Shown here piece after piece: positions 37,828 to 48,287 of a DNA stretch of 64,000 nucleotides. The DNA is from a virus. The stretch is taken from positions 64,447 to 128,446 of IMG/VR virus record IMGVR_UViG_3300025151_004231; one strand, given 5' to 3'. Numbering within the stretch: position 1 is the first letter of the stretch; the number at the start of each line of letters is the position of its first letter. The position numbers were made by a program, and so were the translations under genes. The notes under the pieces are model-generated. The model made no database searches, had not been told where the DNA came from, and saw only the letters and a program-made list of their open reading frames with translations.

Positions 37828-38778
37828 TTACGGAGCATTAACATCTAATGTGACGTTACCGTCTTCATTAGGAGTTAAATCTGTGTTCAGACCTGCGGCT
37901 TTCTTTTGTTCTTCTTGTTGAACATACAGAGGTCCGATGTTGTCAAGTAAGAACTGTTGATTTTCCATGCAGAATACATATGATCCTGAATGTCTCAACA
38001 AGACTCTTTTATCGACATATATTTTTCCACCGATGTCACGCCAGTTTTCACAGAAAGTCCAATCTTCTGAATAGTAACGATTTTGTCTGACAGCAGTGTC
38101 AAAATAAGTTTTTAGATATTGATCATAGACTGGGTCTAGTCCGATATCATTTTTGTATTGCTTCACAGCAGGATGATTGTTCATTTGCTCAAACACACCC
38201 TTCTTAATCAATAAGAAACCTGTACCTGCTTTAGACACTTCTTGGAATCCGTCTGGTCCTTCTTCAGCACCTTCAAATCCATTTACTACCCACTTGATCG
38301 GCATAGTCTTCATTGGATATAATCCACCGATGACATCAACGTCTCTGTTGAGTAATACTAGTAAGTGCCATGGCTCCCAACCAATGTCTGCATCAACAAA
38401 CATTAAGTGAGTAGCATCAGGCATATGTAAAAACTTTGCTGTTAGTGTATTTCTTGCTCTACTGATCAATGATTCATTAACCATTGTTTCAAGTGTCCAG
38501 TCAATGTTTAACTGACGGGCAGTGTTTGCCCACTTGATAAATGACATGAATGTAGATTCAGTCAGCATACCACCATAACATGGCATTGCGATATGTACTT
38601 TAGTTGTACGTAGATAATCTACGTTTACTTGAACTTGTCCGTCTTGAGGTGCTTGAGGAGGATTATCATTAATTTCCTCAACTGCTTCCTCCAGTTTTTC
38701 TAATGGAATATTAGCCTCTTCTTTTTTCTTTGTTGCTTTTGTTGCCTTCTTAGGGGCGGGTTTTTTCTTCGATGCCAT
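37828..38778 (-). CDS. GT-A fold glycosyltransferase with Lys-rich N-terminus
   Basis: IAMPCYGG, NESLISRARN, MFVDADI (DxD), GGLYPMK, AGTGFLLI, YSEDWTFC, L.HSG. Confidence 0.85.
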   Translation of the reverse strand: MASKKKPAPKKATKATKKKEEANIPLEKLEEAVEEINDNPPQAPQDGQVQVNVDYLRTTKVHIAMPCYGGMLTESTFMSFIKWANTARQLNIDWTLETMVNESLISRARNTLTAKFLHMPDATHLMFVDADIGWEPWHLLVLLNRDVDVIGGLYPMKTMPIKWVVNGFEGAEEGPDGFQEVSKAGTGFLLIKKGVFEQMNNHPAVKQYKNDIGLDPVYDQYLKTYFDTAVRQNRYYSEDWTFCENWRDIGGKIYVDKRVLLRHSGSYVFCMENQQFLLDNIGPLYVQQEEQKKAAGLNTDLTPNEDGNVTLDVNAP

Positions 38779-38856
38779 TGTTAATAACTCCTAATAATAA
38801 ATGTAGTTGCTTCGATATATAACTTATAATATTTACTACAGGAATGCCTGGTCGAA

Positions 38857-41013
38857 TTATTTTTCTTCGATATAATCAGCGGTTTCGGACAAATCAATCG
38901 TGTTCCAAAATGCATTATTTACGTTTGTTAATGGGGATAGTTTTGGCTTATCGTTTCTTAATGTTCTAGGTGCTTGTCTGTCTCTCCAACCACCAAAGTA
39001 TTCTTTGAGTTGCATAGTTTTCACATGCAATGATTCAAGTAAGTTTCCGTCATCATCAGTGAAGGGGAAATCATCAGCACTATAGTTTTCTACAAAGTCA
39101 ATTAGTTCTTTTACGTTTTCAAAGTTCTGTTTCATTTCGACAGGTAAAAGACCTAACTGTTCCATCTCTGCAAAATCTTCGTGTAATTCAAATAAGATTT
39201 CTTGTATCTTTCTTAAGTATGCATATTGCTGTTGTCTTTTCTTATCATACTCGCCCTGATTTCGTTGCTTTTCTTTTTCTTTTTCTTTTCTAACTATGTT
39301 TAAATCAGGTACTTTTTTATCTTGTTCTCTACCAAAACCTCTAAGTTTAACAATGTTGTTTCTTTCTTCTTCCATAAGTTCAAACAGTTTACGATGTAAG
39401 TCTGCGGACTTAGATTTCTGATCGTCACTTGACTCTTTAATCATGTTACGAATCTTTTCTATACTTTCTTCATATCTGTATCTACGCATACCTTCTGTCA
39501 TTTGAGCAAGAACAGCATCAACAATTAAATTCTTGTTGTCCATGTTCAAGCCTAACGGTTCTCCTATAAAATAATCTAGTTCTTGTGTACCAAGATCATC
39601 ATGGCTAACATTTTTTAATGCAGAATAAAGTTCTTCGTAGTCTGCTTCAGGATGTTGGCTTTTATAATTTAGTAACCATTCATAAGCGGCAGTTTCAATA
39701 TCACTTCTTTCTTCACCTTCATTGAATCCTTGTCTTCTACCATTTAAGTTTGGTGTGTCTGTAAGTGGAAATTCTATTTGTCCACCTACGCCTACTCTTT
39801 GTGCATCGTGGTTCCAATATTGCTTTGATTGATCTGGGTCAACAAATGCTTCATTTACTTTTGGAACTACAACAGGATTTAGATTAAGATAACTACCGTT
39901 ACCTGTAATAGTCATTCTAGGAACTGTAACACTAAATCTTCTTTGAAGTTCATCGGAAAGATTATCTATATCGTCTCTACTGAAAATCTTAGAGTCTGGC
40001 ATAAGCATTACTGTCATTATTCTTTCGTTAGTACCGCCGCCACGTTTACGGCTTGATATGATTTTTCTTAAATCAAACCCGTTTGTTCTTGTATAAAGTT
40101 GAAGTATTGCTCTTGCACGTTTTGTATCAAGTAATGTATCGTTCTTGTCTTCAGTCATTGGTTCTGCATATGCTTGTTGTATAAGTCTGGACATTGCATC
40201 GTCTGTAGACACAGTGTATTTTCTACCTCTTTTGTCTGTAATATCAATGTTGTTGAACTTATCATCAACGTCTACTTTATATCCTTTAGATTGTAACGTT
40301 GCCTTAGTGTATTTGTCTCTGTCATTAAACCAATCAATGACTAAATTTTCAATATCTGTGGGTAAGTCAGGTCTTGTGTAATCAACTCTGTTACCATCTT
40401 TATCAATATATGCTAAGCCTTCGTTTAAATTCATTCCTTTACTTAATAACTTAACTACATTTTTAATTAGTTTATCATTACCTTTTAGTTTAGGATAAAT
40501 GTGAGTTATAAATTCTTCTCGTTGTTCATCGTTAAGACTAGGCCATGTATCTCTGATTTGTGTAGCACTAGTAATACCTGCAAACTCTTTGACTGGTAAG
40601 TAATCCATGTAACCTACTTTACTAAATGGTTGTGCACCTCTTTTTGCTGTATCTATATGTTGAAAGTATCCCGGAGAACCGTCTTTTTTGACTGCACCGG
40701 GCTTTGGAAACTCGGCTTTATCTTTTTCACTTCGTACAAAAACAATTGTGTCTTTGTCTGGATCATATTTGTTTGTAATTTCTGTTGGTACGAACGGAGA
40801 TTTAACTTGCACAAACTCACCTGGTTGTACGCCTGAAAGTCGTGCTAATTTTTCTTTGATTTCAAATGGAAAAGGTCTTTCTTTTTGATTGTTACTAGCG
40901 GCCACATAGATGTCGGAGCCTTCACCATACTTCTCTTTTATAGAGTTGTAAAGTGCGGCATGCCCTGCATGAAATGGGTGAAATCCACCTGGCATAATAA
41001 CAATATTTGCCAT
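38857..41013 (-). CDS. HxGH nucleotidyltransferase fused to a long modular C-terminal region
   Basis: PGGFHPFHAGH, PFPFEIK, SATQIR in the first ~200 aa. Confidence 0.75.
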   Translation of the reverse strand: MANIVIMPGGFHPFHAGHAALYNSIKEKYGEGSDIYVAASNNQKERPFPFEIKEKLARLSGVQPGEFVQVKSPFVPTEITNKYDPDKDTIVFVRSEKDKAEFPKPGAVKKDGSPGYFQHIDTAKRGAQPFSKVGYMDYLPVKEFAGITSATQIRDTWPSLNDEQREEFITHIYPKLKGNDKLIKNVVKLLSKGMNLNEGLAYIDKDGNRVDYTRPDLPTDIENLVIDWFNDRDKYTKATLQSKGYKVDVDDKFNNIDITDKRGRKYTVSTDDAMSRLIQQAYAEPMTEDKNDTLLDTKRARAILQLYTRTNGFDLRKIISSRKRGGGTNERIMTVMLMPDSKIFSRDDIDNLSDELQRRFSVTVPRMTITGNGSYLNLNPVVVPKVNEAFVDPDQSKQYWNHDAQRVGVGGQIEFPLTDTPNLNGRRQGFNEGEERSDIETAAYEWLLNYKSQHPEADYEELYSALKNVSHDDLGTQELDYFIGEPLGLNMDNKNLIVDAVLAQMTEGMRRYRYEESIEKIRNMIKESSDDQKSKSADLHRKLFELMEEERNNIVKLRGFGREQDKKVPDLNIVRKEKEKEKQRNQGEYDKKRQQQYAYLRKIQEILFELHEDFAEMEQLGLLPVEMKQNFENVKELIDFVENYSADDFPFTDDDGNLLESLHVKTMQLKEYFGGWRDRQAPRTLRNDKPKLSPLTNVNNAFWNTIDLSETADYIEEK

Positions 41014-41014
41014 G

Positions 41015-41383
41015 TTAGTAACTTACTTTTACGTATTCGACAACGCCGTTTGCAAAATCTTCTATCTTTGCTCTCAAATAAACAAAGTTACCTGATAAGT
41101 TTGTATAAGAACTAATGTTTGCATTAAGATTAGCGGCATTGTTTGCTTCTGTTTCAAAAATTTTGAACCAGTCATTGTCTCCAGGAGGATTAGAAAGTGC
41201 GGCTTCAATTACTAAATTACCTGTGACTTCTGAAAAATTATATGATAAAGTTTGTAGGTCTTGATTTCCTAAATAATATGCGGCACCCTGTACAGAATTG
41301 CCTGTTACATCATACGGTTGAGCAGTACCATCATTTTCATATGGTGTTTGTGGTAATAATGTGAGGATTGTTGATTGAGACAT
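41015..41383 (-). CDS. Hypothetical (probably structural) protein
   Basis: GNLVIEA.L...WF, GNFVYLRAK beta-rich pattern; late operon. Confidence 0.65.
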   Translation of the reverse strand: MSQSTILTLLPQTPYENDGTAQPYDVTGNSVQGAAYYLGNQDLQTLSYNFSEVTGNLVIEAALSNPPGDNDWFKIFETEANNAANLNANISSYTNLSGNFVYLRAKIEDFANGVVEYVKVSY

Positions 41384-41384
41384 T

Positions 41385-41552
41385 TTATCCCCTCACTATT
41401 TCTACTATAACTGATTCGCCAACTAACTCTTGCGCCACTGCTTCTATTTGAGAAGCAATTTCGTCGGTTATGATTGCTTGACCGTCTGGAGCATCATCTT
41501 TTGCAATTTTGCTTAGTTTGATTGCTACCATATCTTCGACTATTTTAGCCAT
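41385..41552 (-). CDS. 55-aa hypothetical protein
   Basis: Not in the ORF track. MAKIVEDMVAIKLSKIAKDDAPDGQAIITDEIASQIEAVAQELVGESVIVEIVRG*; RBS GGAG; CATAAATA at 41582-41575. Confidence 0.75.
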   Translation of the reverse strand: MAKIVEDMVAIKLSKIAKDDAPDGQAIITDEIASQIEAVAQELVGESVIVEIVRG

Positions 41553-41604
41553 AATTATCTCCGTGTAATAAGAGTATTTATGCTTATATAGTCTATAGGT
41601 GAGA

Positions 41605-43887
41605 TTATATGTTGTCTGAATCTTCTACTTCAATGATACCATCGTCACCTACTTGAGCAACTTGTTTTTTCGTTGAAGCAAAATCAATCTCTCCAGTGTT
41701 TTGATCGATAACACACATGACATTAGCATCTTTGATTTTTTCAAACAAAATCTTTTTACTCAATGGGACTCTTACAAGTTCATCAATTTTTCTTGCTAAT
41801 GGTCTTGCTCCTAACTTGCTATCATAGCCTACGTCTGCTAAGTAATCAACTGCATCCTCACTAAAGTTAAGAGTGATATTGTGCTTGTCAAGCAGTGCTG
41901 ATTGTAGGTCAGCAACAAATTTAACAACAATCTTTTTAACAGATAGTGTATCAAGTTTACCAAACTTACATACCATGTCAAGTCTATTTCTAAACTCTGG
42001 CTTAAAGAAGTTTTTCATTGCTTTTTCATCTTCGCCATATTTGTTTGTGTCACCGAATCCTATGTTTGAACGTTCACCATCAGCACTACCTAAGTTAGAT
42101 GTGAGAATGATTAAACAGTTCTTACATGATACTTGCTTACCATTAGATCCAGTAATTGTACCTTCATCTAACATTTGTAAGAATATATTAAAGATATCAG
42201 GGTGTGCTTTTTCAACTTCGTCAAACAACATAATTGAATGAGGTTGCTTACTCAAGTCTGATATCAAACGTCCGCCTTGTACTTGTGAATCACTAAAGCC
42301 TACATAACCTGGGGGAGGTCCTATCAAACTACTTACACTGTGTTTCTCAGAATACTCGGACATATCGTATTTGAGCAGTGGCATATCTAAGTTACTAGAC
42401 AGTAGTTTAGCCAACTCTGTTTTACCCGTGCCTGTTGGGCCTAAAAATAAGAAACTTGCGATAGGTTTAGTTTCGTTACCGATTCCTGCAAACGATACAT
42501 AAACTCTTTCGATTACTTTATCAACTACATCGTCTTGACCATATAACTTACTTTTAACATTTACATCTAAGTTAGTAATACGATCTACGTTGTCACCTTT
42601 AAGTTTATCAGCAGGGACGCCAGTAAACTTCTCTACTTGATCAAAGATCAATGATTTAGTAATATCAACACCTTTGTTTTCTGCTACACGTTGCTTTGCA
42701 CAAGCGGCATCAAGCAAGTCAATAGACTTGTCTGGATTCTTTCTTTCGTGTATGTATCTACCAGCCATTTCAACTGCGGCTTCGATTGCTTCTTCTGTGA
42801 TATTGACATCGTGGAAGTCGTTTAATCTTTCTGACAATCCACGTAAAATTCTTTGTGTTGTATCTACACTAGGTTCATCGATTGACACACGATAGAATCT
42901 ACGCATGAGGGCTCTGTCTTTCTCAAATGATTCATAGTATTCTTCCCATGTAGTAGATGCGATTACTTTAAGAGTTCCCTTAGTAATAGCAGGCTTAATC
43001 ATGTTTGCAAAATCAACTGAGCCATTAGATGTCGATCCAGCACCTCCCATAGTATGGGCTTCGTCAATGAATAAGATACAATTCTTTTTAACTTCTAAAG
43101 CCATAATGACTTCTTTAACTTTTTCTTCAAACTCACCACGATACTTTGATCCAGCAAGTAAGTTACCAATCTCTAATGAATAGACTTCATGGTTGTTTAA
43201 GAACTCTGGCACTTCTTCGTTAACAACTGCTTGTGCAATACCCTCTGCGATTGCAGTTTTACCTACACCCGGATCACCTACCATTAATACATTTGCTTTA
43301 AAACGTTTTGCTAATACATTGATGATATCATCGATCTCAGATACACGTCCTATGACAGGTTCTAGTTTATCGTCTCTAGCCAACTTAGTCAAGTTTGTTG
43401 TGTATTCTTCTAAAATATCATCTGCTTGGTCTTGACTGATGTTTTGACTATCCTGATGTCTATAGTTCTTTTGCCAAAATTCGATAAACTGAGTCTTGTT
43501 GACACCATACTTCAATAAGAAATAGTGTGCATGAGTATTCCCTTCAGTCGCAATCGACAGATATAAATCCATAGTAGTAACTTGTCTACGACCTGTAAAC
43601 AGAACTTGTGTAACGCCTCTATTCATCACACGTTCTAGTGAATTAGTTTTCTTAGGAACGCACTCAGGATCTTTGGACTCAATAGCATGTAGTCCATTTA
43701 AGTATGCTTCTATTTCACCGATCATCAAATCAGTATCAACATTAAATTGATTTAATACTTTCTTAAACGGTTGATGTGTTACTAATGCATGAAGTAAATG
43801 TTCAATAGTAACATACTGGTGATTATAGGACTTTGCAGTTTCGATTGCCCTAGAGATAATGTTTTCGATTTCTGGTGATGTGTTCAA
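41605..43887 (-). CDS. clpA: ATP-dependent Clp protease ATPase subunit ClpA
   Basis: Clp-N VTIEHLL, GDPGVGKT, LFIDEAH, GPTGTGKT, FDEVEKAH, IGF loop, PEFRNRLD, GARPL; no ClpB coiled coil; TTG start. Confidence 0.93.
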   Translation of the reverse strand: MNTSPEIENIISRAIETAKSYNHQYVTIEHLLHALVTHQPFKKVLNQFNVDTDLMIGEIEAYLNGLHAIESKDPECVPKKTNSLERVMNRGVTQVLFTGRRQVTTMDLYLSIATEGNTHAHYFLLKYGVNKTQFIEFWQKNYRHQDSQNISQDQADDILEEYTTNLTKLARDDKLEPVIGRVSEIDDIINVLAKRFKANVLMVGDPGVGKTAIAEGIAQAVVNEEVPEFLNNHEVYSLEIGNLLAGSKYRGEFEEKVKEVIMALEVKKNCILFIDEAHTMGGAGSTSNGSVDFANMIKPAITKGTLKVIASTTWEEYYESFEKDRALMRRFYRVSIDEPSVDTTQRILRGLSERLNDFHDVNITEEAIEAAVEMAGRYIHERKNPDKSIDLLDAACAKQRVAENKGVDITKSLIFDQVEKFTGVPADKLKGDNVDRITNLDVNVKSKLYGQDDVVDKVIERVYVSFAGIGNETKPIASFLFLGPTGTGKTELAKLLSSNLDMPLLKYDMSEYSEKHSVSSLIGPPPGYVGFSDSQVQGGRLISDLSKQPHSIMLFDEVEKAHPDIFNIFLQMLDEGTITGSNGKQVSCKNCLIILTSNLGSADGERSNIGFGDTNKYGEDEKAMKNFFKPEFRNRLDMVCKFGKLDTLSVKKIVVKFVADLQSALLDKHNITLNFSEDAVDYLADVGYDSKLGARPLARKIDELVRVPLSKKILFEKIKDANVMCVIDQNTGEIDFASTKKQVAQVGDDGIIEVEDSDNI

Positions 43888-43913
43888 ATGTTTTTTCCTC
43901 TATATAATATTAT

Positions 43914-44750
43914 TTAGTTTTGCTTTAGGTCTTGGATATCTTTATATTTTTTAATTGAGTCTATGACACCTTGCTCTATTGTATCTGGTATAAAACCATT
44001 AAGCAATATGATTTGGTCACCAAAGTTACCAGACTGAAAATTAGGACCCCTTCGATCGGCAATAGGCATCCCATGACCTGTTAATTTAATTTGTGTTCCT
44101 GGTTGTGTTCCTGATTTTACTGAAACTTTTAGTACTTTTCCAGAGATAGTAGTAAAGTTAAATTGAGTACCTACAATCAAATCTAGTACAGAAATATTAT
44201 GTGAACATAGTAGATTGTTTCCCATTCTTTCAAACCAAGAATCATTCATTACGTGAAAGTCAATGATTAAACTTGTTCCTTGTTCAACAATATTGTCATA
44301 TCTTGTCTGTTGGCCAGTCTTCACACCTTTTGGTATAGTTATTTGTACGACTTTTTTACCTTGTGGTGTATTTAATTCTAGTGTTTGTATGTCTCCAGTA
44401 TATGCTTGGCGCAAAGTAACATTTAATTGTGTTCTAAACATCGGTTGAGGCTGAGGGCCTCTTCTTCCTCTAGGACGTTGCCCAAAGATATCACCAAAGA
44501 TATCACCAAACGGACTGTCTGCACCAAACGGATTGCCACCTTGCTGAAATTGTGCAAATGGATTAGGATTATCATACTCTGCTCGTTTCTCTGGGTTGCT
44601 TAGAGTATCATATGCTGTTTGTACTTTTTTAAATTCTTCAGCATCTCCGCCTTTATCAGGATGATGTTTACCCGCAAGTTTACGATAGGCTTTTTTAATT
44701 TCTTTTTGATCGGCTTGAGGTGATACGCCTAATGTCTGATAATGGTCCAT
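43914..44750 (-). CDS. DnaJ-family co-chaperone (type II/CbpA-like)
   Basis: J-domain [10 protein letters not shown]-rich linker, C-terminal domain; no zinc finger. Confidence 0.93.
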   Translation of the reverse strand: MDHYQTLGVSPQADQKEIKKAYRKLAGKHHPDKGGDAEEFKKVQTAYDTLSNPEKRAEYDNPNPFAQFQQGGNPFGADSPFGDIFGDIFGQRPRGRRGPQPQPMFRTQLNVTLRQAYTGDIQTLELNTPQGKKVVQITIPKGVKTGQQTRYDNIVEQGTSLIIDFHVMNDSWFERMGNNLLCSHNISVLDLIVGTQFNFTTISGKVLKVSVKSGTQPGTQIKLTGHGMPIADRRGPNFQSGNFGDQIILLNGFIPDTIEQGVIDSIKKYKDIQDLKQN

Positions 44751-44755
44751 GCTAT

Positions 44756-44784
44756 ATTATAACAGCCATATATGGAAAAGTCAA
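44756..44784 (-). promoter_or_regulatory. Sigma70-type promoter (extended -10)
   Basis: TTGACT-17 bp-TATAAT with TGn, 5 nt before ATG 44750. Confidence 0.75.
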
Positions 44785-44798
44785 CAGTGATTTGCCCG

Positions 44799-45347
44799 TT
44801 AGATGCCGGCTGATGCTTGAAGTGATTTGATGTATTCGTCTTTAGGAGTTTCAGATTCTTTGTAATCTAAACCTGCTTTAAGTCTCATTTCATTGAGTTC
44901 ATCATTGATTGGTTCTTCTTTTTCTATTTCGTATTTGGCTGGATTTAAAATAATTTTTTGCTTCATAATTTCTAATTCCATTGGATAGTCTTCACCGTCA
45001 ATGTTAAGAGTATATTCTTCAACAGGCATACCTGTTAGTGTTTCTAAGTCTTTTAGTAAACCTATTACTCTACGTGCTACCCATGAACGTCTTTCCATTT
45101 CTACAAAGACTAACCATTTGTTAGGTGAAAGTTCTCCGTCTGATACACTTGCATCTAAAATGAAGTCATATCCTCTTTCAAACCAAGTTACTAAATCTTC
45201 AGCAACTAATTTTGATTTGACTGTAAAAGTTACTGTGACTATATCTTTATCTTCGCCCATCTTAGCGGCATATTCATCTATAGATACAAGAGGAATAACT
45301 TGATTTTCCATGTCTAAGTAGTTTAAACTTTCAGATAGAATAGTCAT
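44799..45347 (-). CDS. Hypothetical late protein
   Basis: SIDEY..KMG.D, FERGYDFILDA.VS; ELNEMRLKAGL. Confidence 0.7.
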   Translation of the reverse strand: MTILSESLNYLDMENQVIPLVSIDEYAAKMGEDKDIVTVTFTVKSKLVAEDLVTWFERGYDFILDASVSDGELSPNKWLVFVEMERRSWVARRVIGLLKDLETLTGMPVEEYTLNIDGEDYPMELEIMKQKIILNPAKYEIEKEEPINDELNEMRLKAGLDYKESETPKDEYIKSLQASAGI

Positions 45348-45979
45348 TAGATTTGAAATGCTCCGCCGTCGTTTGGTTCGCCTGCTGTTACATCATCAAC
45401 TGCTTCCATGTCATTGCCTGTATCATCTTCAGATTTTGTTTGCTCTAAATCATTGTCATATGCATCTTCGATTTCTGATAAGTCAATTGTGTCTTCTGCA
45501 ATGTCAACACTACCTTCTTTAATATCATCCATTAATTCAAAAGGTATTTCAATTTGCATAAACCAAACTTTGTTTTCTTTCATTTTAGGGTAACGACTTC
45601 CTGATTGAAAGTCTTCATATGATGTGACTGCTACAGGAACTTCAATCTTAGACTTCATCATTTTAACATTACAACCGATAGTTGCAAGTCTTAATGTTGC
45701 TCTAGGATCAGGCATTAATTTATAAGGCCACATAAAAGTACATTTGCATGAGTATCTTCCTACATCAGGACCTTGTACTAATTCTCCGTTGATCCAATTT
45801 CTATATGCATATATGTCTGCTTCGTCTAAGACTCTTTCAAAGTCCAGCAACGTATTCATTGCACCGTCAGACATGTAGATATTTTTAATGGTATCTACAA
45901 TACTAACAAAGTCAATGTCTTTAAAAAATGAATCTGCTTGTTTCCTAGCAAGATTATCGCCTGTGATTGCTTTAGTCAT
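45347..45979 (-). CDS. Hypothetical late protein with acidic tail
   Basis: LLDFERVLDE...Y.NW..GELVQGP...MPDP; late promoter 5 nt upstream. Confidence 0.7.
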   Translation of the reverse strand: MTKAITGDNLARKQADSFFKDIDFVSIVDTIKNIYMSDGAMNTLLDFERVLDEADIYAYRNWINGELVQGPDVGRYSCKCTFMWPYKLMPDPRATLRLATIGCNVKMMKSKIEVPVAVTSYEDFQSGSRYPKMKENKVWFMQIEIPFELMDDIKEGSVDIAEDTIDLSEIEDAYDNDLEQTKSEDDTGNDMEAVDDVTAGEPNDGGAFQI

Positions 45980-45980
45980 A

Positions 45981-46047
45981 CTAGTATTTATCTCAATGGG
46001 ATTGCAAAAGAATTTTACAATTTGTTCTTCTGGTGCTAGTATTTATC
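45981..46047 (-). promoter_or_regulatory. Two tandem late-type promoters (GATAAATACTAG x2)
   Basis: ctagtatttatc at 45981-45992 and 46036-46047. Confidence 0.65.
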
Positions 46048-46152
46048 ACAAAACGACATTTCCTCATCCACTGATTTTTTACATACCTAAACCTGGTAAG
46101 TATTTAATGAGAAACTTATTTCTCAATTCATTTTAAAATATAGGAATTATAT

Positions 46153-46938
46153 ATGAGTAAACGCAAAACAGGCGCATTAAGGAAAAAACATGAACCATAC
46201 AGACACAGGGAAACACATCACACGGCAGAGGACACGTTCTACATGAACTCCTCAAAGACCATCGACTTTAGCAAGTATAGTAAAAAGCAGAAGTCACGCA
46301 GACCAATCGAATTAGTACCCCAGAGTATAAATCAGGAAAAATATATTATAGCATTAAATGACCCTGAAACAGATATCGTTATGGCTAGTGGCCCCGCTGG
46401 AACAGGTAAAACCTACTTAGCAATGTTGGCGGCGATGAGAGCATTAAGATCAGGTCAATGCGATAAAATATTATTAACACGCCCTGCTGTTGCTGTAGAT
46501 GACGAAAAACATGGTTTTCTTCCAGGCGACTTAAACTCAAAAATGGAACCATGGGTAAGACCCTTATTCGATGTGGTGAGAGAATATTACTCACAGAATG
46601 AAATCGAATATATGTTAAAGGAACAAATCATAGAAATCACACCTTTAGCATTTTGCCGAGGCAGAAACTTCAAGCATTCATGGATTATATTAGATGAGGC
46701 CCAAAACGCAACACCGTCACAAATAAAAATGTTAATGACAAGGATTGCTGAGGGTAGCAAAATCGTAATCAATGGTGACGTTGAACAGACTGACCGACTA
46801 ACACATAATAACGGGCTCCTTGATTTAAAAGATAGAATAGATCAACATAAAGTACCTGGCATGACTGCTTGTACTTTTGATCACAAAGACATACGGAGAC
46901 ACAAGATTATTGAACACGTACTAAAGATGTATCAATAA
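46153..46938 (+). CDS. phoH: PhoH-family ATPase
   Basis: GPAGTGKT, LTRPAV, GFLPGDL..KM.PW, RGRNF, ILDEAQN, GD..Q.D. Confidence 0.95.
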   Translation: MSKRKTGALRKKHEPYRHRETHHTAEDTFYMNSSKTIDFSKYSKKQKSRRPIELVPQSINQEKYIIALNDPETDIVMASGPAGTGKTYLAMLAAMRALRSGQCDKILLTRPAVAVDDEKHGFLPGDLNSKMEPWVRPLFDVVREYYSQNEIEYMLKEQIIEITPLAFCRGRNFKHSWIILDEAQNATPSQIKMLMTRIAEGSKIVINGDVEQTDRLTHNNGLLDLKDRIDQHKVPGMTACTFDHKDIRRHKIIEHVLKMYQ

Positions 46939-46959
46939 TTTCATAGGTCCATATAAACA

Positions 46960-46983
46960 GAAAGGGCCGTTAACGGCCCTTTC
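46960..46983. terminator. Bidirectional terminator hairpin
   Basis: Perfect palindrome GAAAGGGCCGTTAACGGCCCTTTC between convergent genes. Confidence 0.8.
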
Positions 46984-47002
46984 ACTCTGAATGTATTTGC
47001 CC

Positions 47003-47788
47003 CTACAAGGTCTTTAATTTTCTATTCAGAACACTTTTAGCATATGCTGGATATACAAGATAAGGGTAAGTAAGTTGTTTTTTAATTTCCCATTGATTTT
47101 GTTTTTTAGCAAAACTAGAATAATACTCATCATTAAATCCTGCTTCAAAATAAGTATACTTTAATTTCTCATCAAAGTCAAATTTTAAATCTAATAAATC
47201 AAATATATTACTATTAAAAATTAGTTTTTTATCTACCATTGTATAATCACTGTTATATAAATAGTCATTTGGTTTGATAGATTTATTTGATAATTGATAA
47301 TATTCTTTTATGTTTTCATCTAATTTGCTATAATCAACATCTTCAACCAATTGTTGTTGTACATGAGTTAAATTGCATGATGTGAGTTTTAAATTGTTAG
47401 GATATACATTATGTATTTGTTGCTTTTCACAATTGTTAAGAAAGAATAATAGACCTTCACTTAAGGCACAATGACCAAATATCTCATGTATATAAATATC
47501 ACCTTTTGGTAAGTTATCGTTAAAGATATCTAAGTTTAATACTTCGATGTTGTCATTGTTTCTAAATTTGCTTTTAAGGCTATAATAATGTTGTTGATTA
47601 ATTTCTAAACTATAAACCTTTTTGGCACCGTATTTAATACTTAACCAAGTAAAAAATCCAGAACCTGACCCACAATCAACAATAATTTTGTTTTTGGCAT
47701 GTCGTTTGATATAGTCGATGTATGCATTAGACCTGTTATAATCTAATAGCATTTCCCAAACATACATGTTTGGTACGGATGCATTCAT
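47003..47788 (-). CDS. PRMT-like class I SAM methyltransferase
   Basis: EMLLD..R...Y, VDCGSGSG, GAKKVYSLE, HEIFGHCALSEG (E-x8-E). Confidence 0.75.
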   Translation of the reverse strand: MNASVPNMYVWEMLLDYNRSNAYIDYIKRHAKNKIIVDCGSGSGFFTWLSIKYGAKKVYSLEINQQHYYSLKSKFRNNDNIEVLNLDIFNDNLPKGDIYIHEIFGHCALSEGLLFFLNNCEKQQIHNVYPNNLKLTSCNLTHVQQQLVEDVDYSKLDENIKEYYQLSNKSIKPNDYLYNSDYTMVDKKLIFNSNIFDLLDLKFDFDEKLKYTYFEAGFNDEYYSSFAKKQNQWEIKKQLTYPYLVYPAYAKSVLNRKLKTL

Positions 47789-47995
47789 TTACTGTTTGTT
47801 TATTCTTCTTAAACTTCCCATCATATACGCGGCGTAAATGAATAAAGGTCCGAAGATTAAAATTTCTTCAGTTGTTTCTGAAAAATCAAAATATGAAATA
47901 GACCAGATGTACGAAAACATGATTATACCTATCCATGCAAACGTGTATAATCCACTACATAAATTTAAAAAGTGTTCTTTAATATTTTCTATCAT
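47789..47995 (-). CDS. Small membrane protein (2 TM)
   Basis: Two hydrophobic segments. Confidence 0.6.
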   Translation of the reverse strand: MIENIKEHFLNLCSGLYTFAWIGIIMFSYIWSISYFDFSETTEEILIFGPLFIYAAYMMGSLRRINKQ

Positions 47996-48270
47996 TTTTT
48001 ATTCCTTTTATCTTTCTTTTCGATCGGCCCTTCTTTTTCAAGTTGCTCAATCAATTTAGGGTAAATTCTCTTGTAATAAGAACTCATTTTCTCAAATGTT
48101 GTATCGTGGTTCTTGCCTTCAATCACACATTTTTGTACAGACATATCAGAGTAATCCATGATTACATTTTTTGTAGTCATATCTGATTTCTTTAACTTAC
48201 GTGATGTTTGAATTAATTCGTCAATTTGACCGTTTGGCTTACGAATGTATTGTACTAGTAAATATCTCAT
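47992..48270 (-). CDS. Hypothetical protein
   Basis: MRYLLVQYIRKPNGQIDE; TATAAATA at 48284-48277. Confidence 0.7.
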   Translation of the reverse strand: MRYLLVQYIRKPNGQIDELIQTSRKLKKSDMTTKNVIMDYSDMSVQKCVIEGKNHDTTFEKMSSYYKRIYPKLIEQLEKEGPIEKKDKRNKK

Positions 48271-48287
48271 ATCATTTATTTATATGG

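Noticed and set aside
46108-46125. Pho box upstream of phoH
   Set aside because: Only a short inverted repeat (TGAGAAA-ctta-TTTCTCA) is seen, with no 11-bp-spaced TGTCA-like direct repeats.
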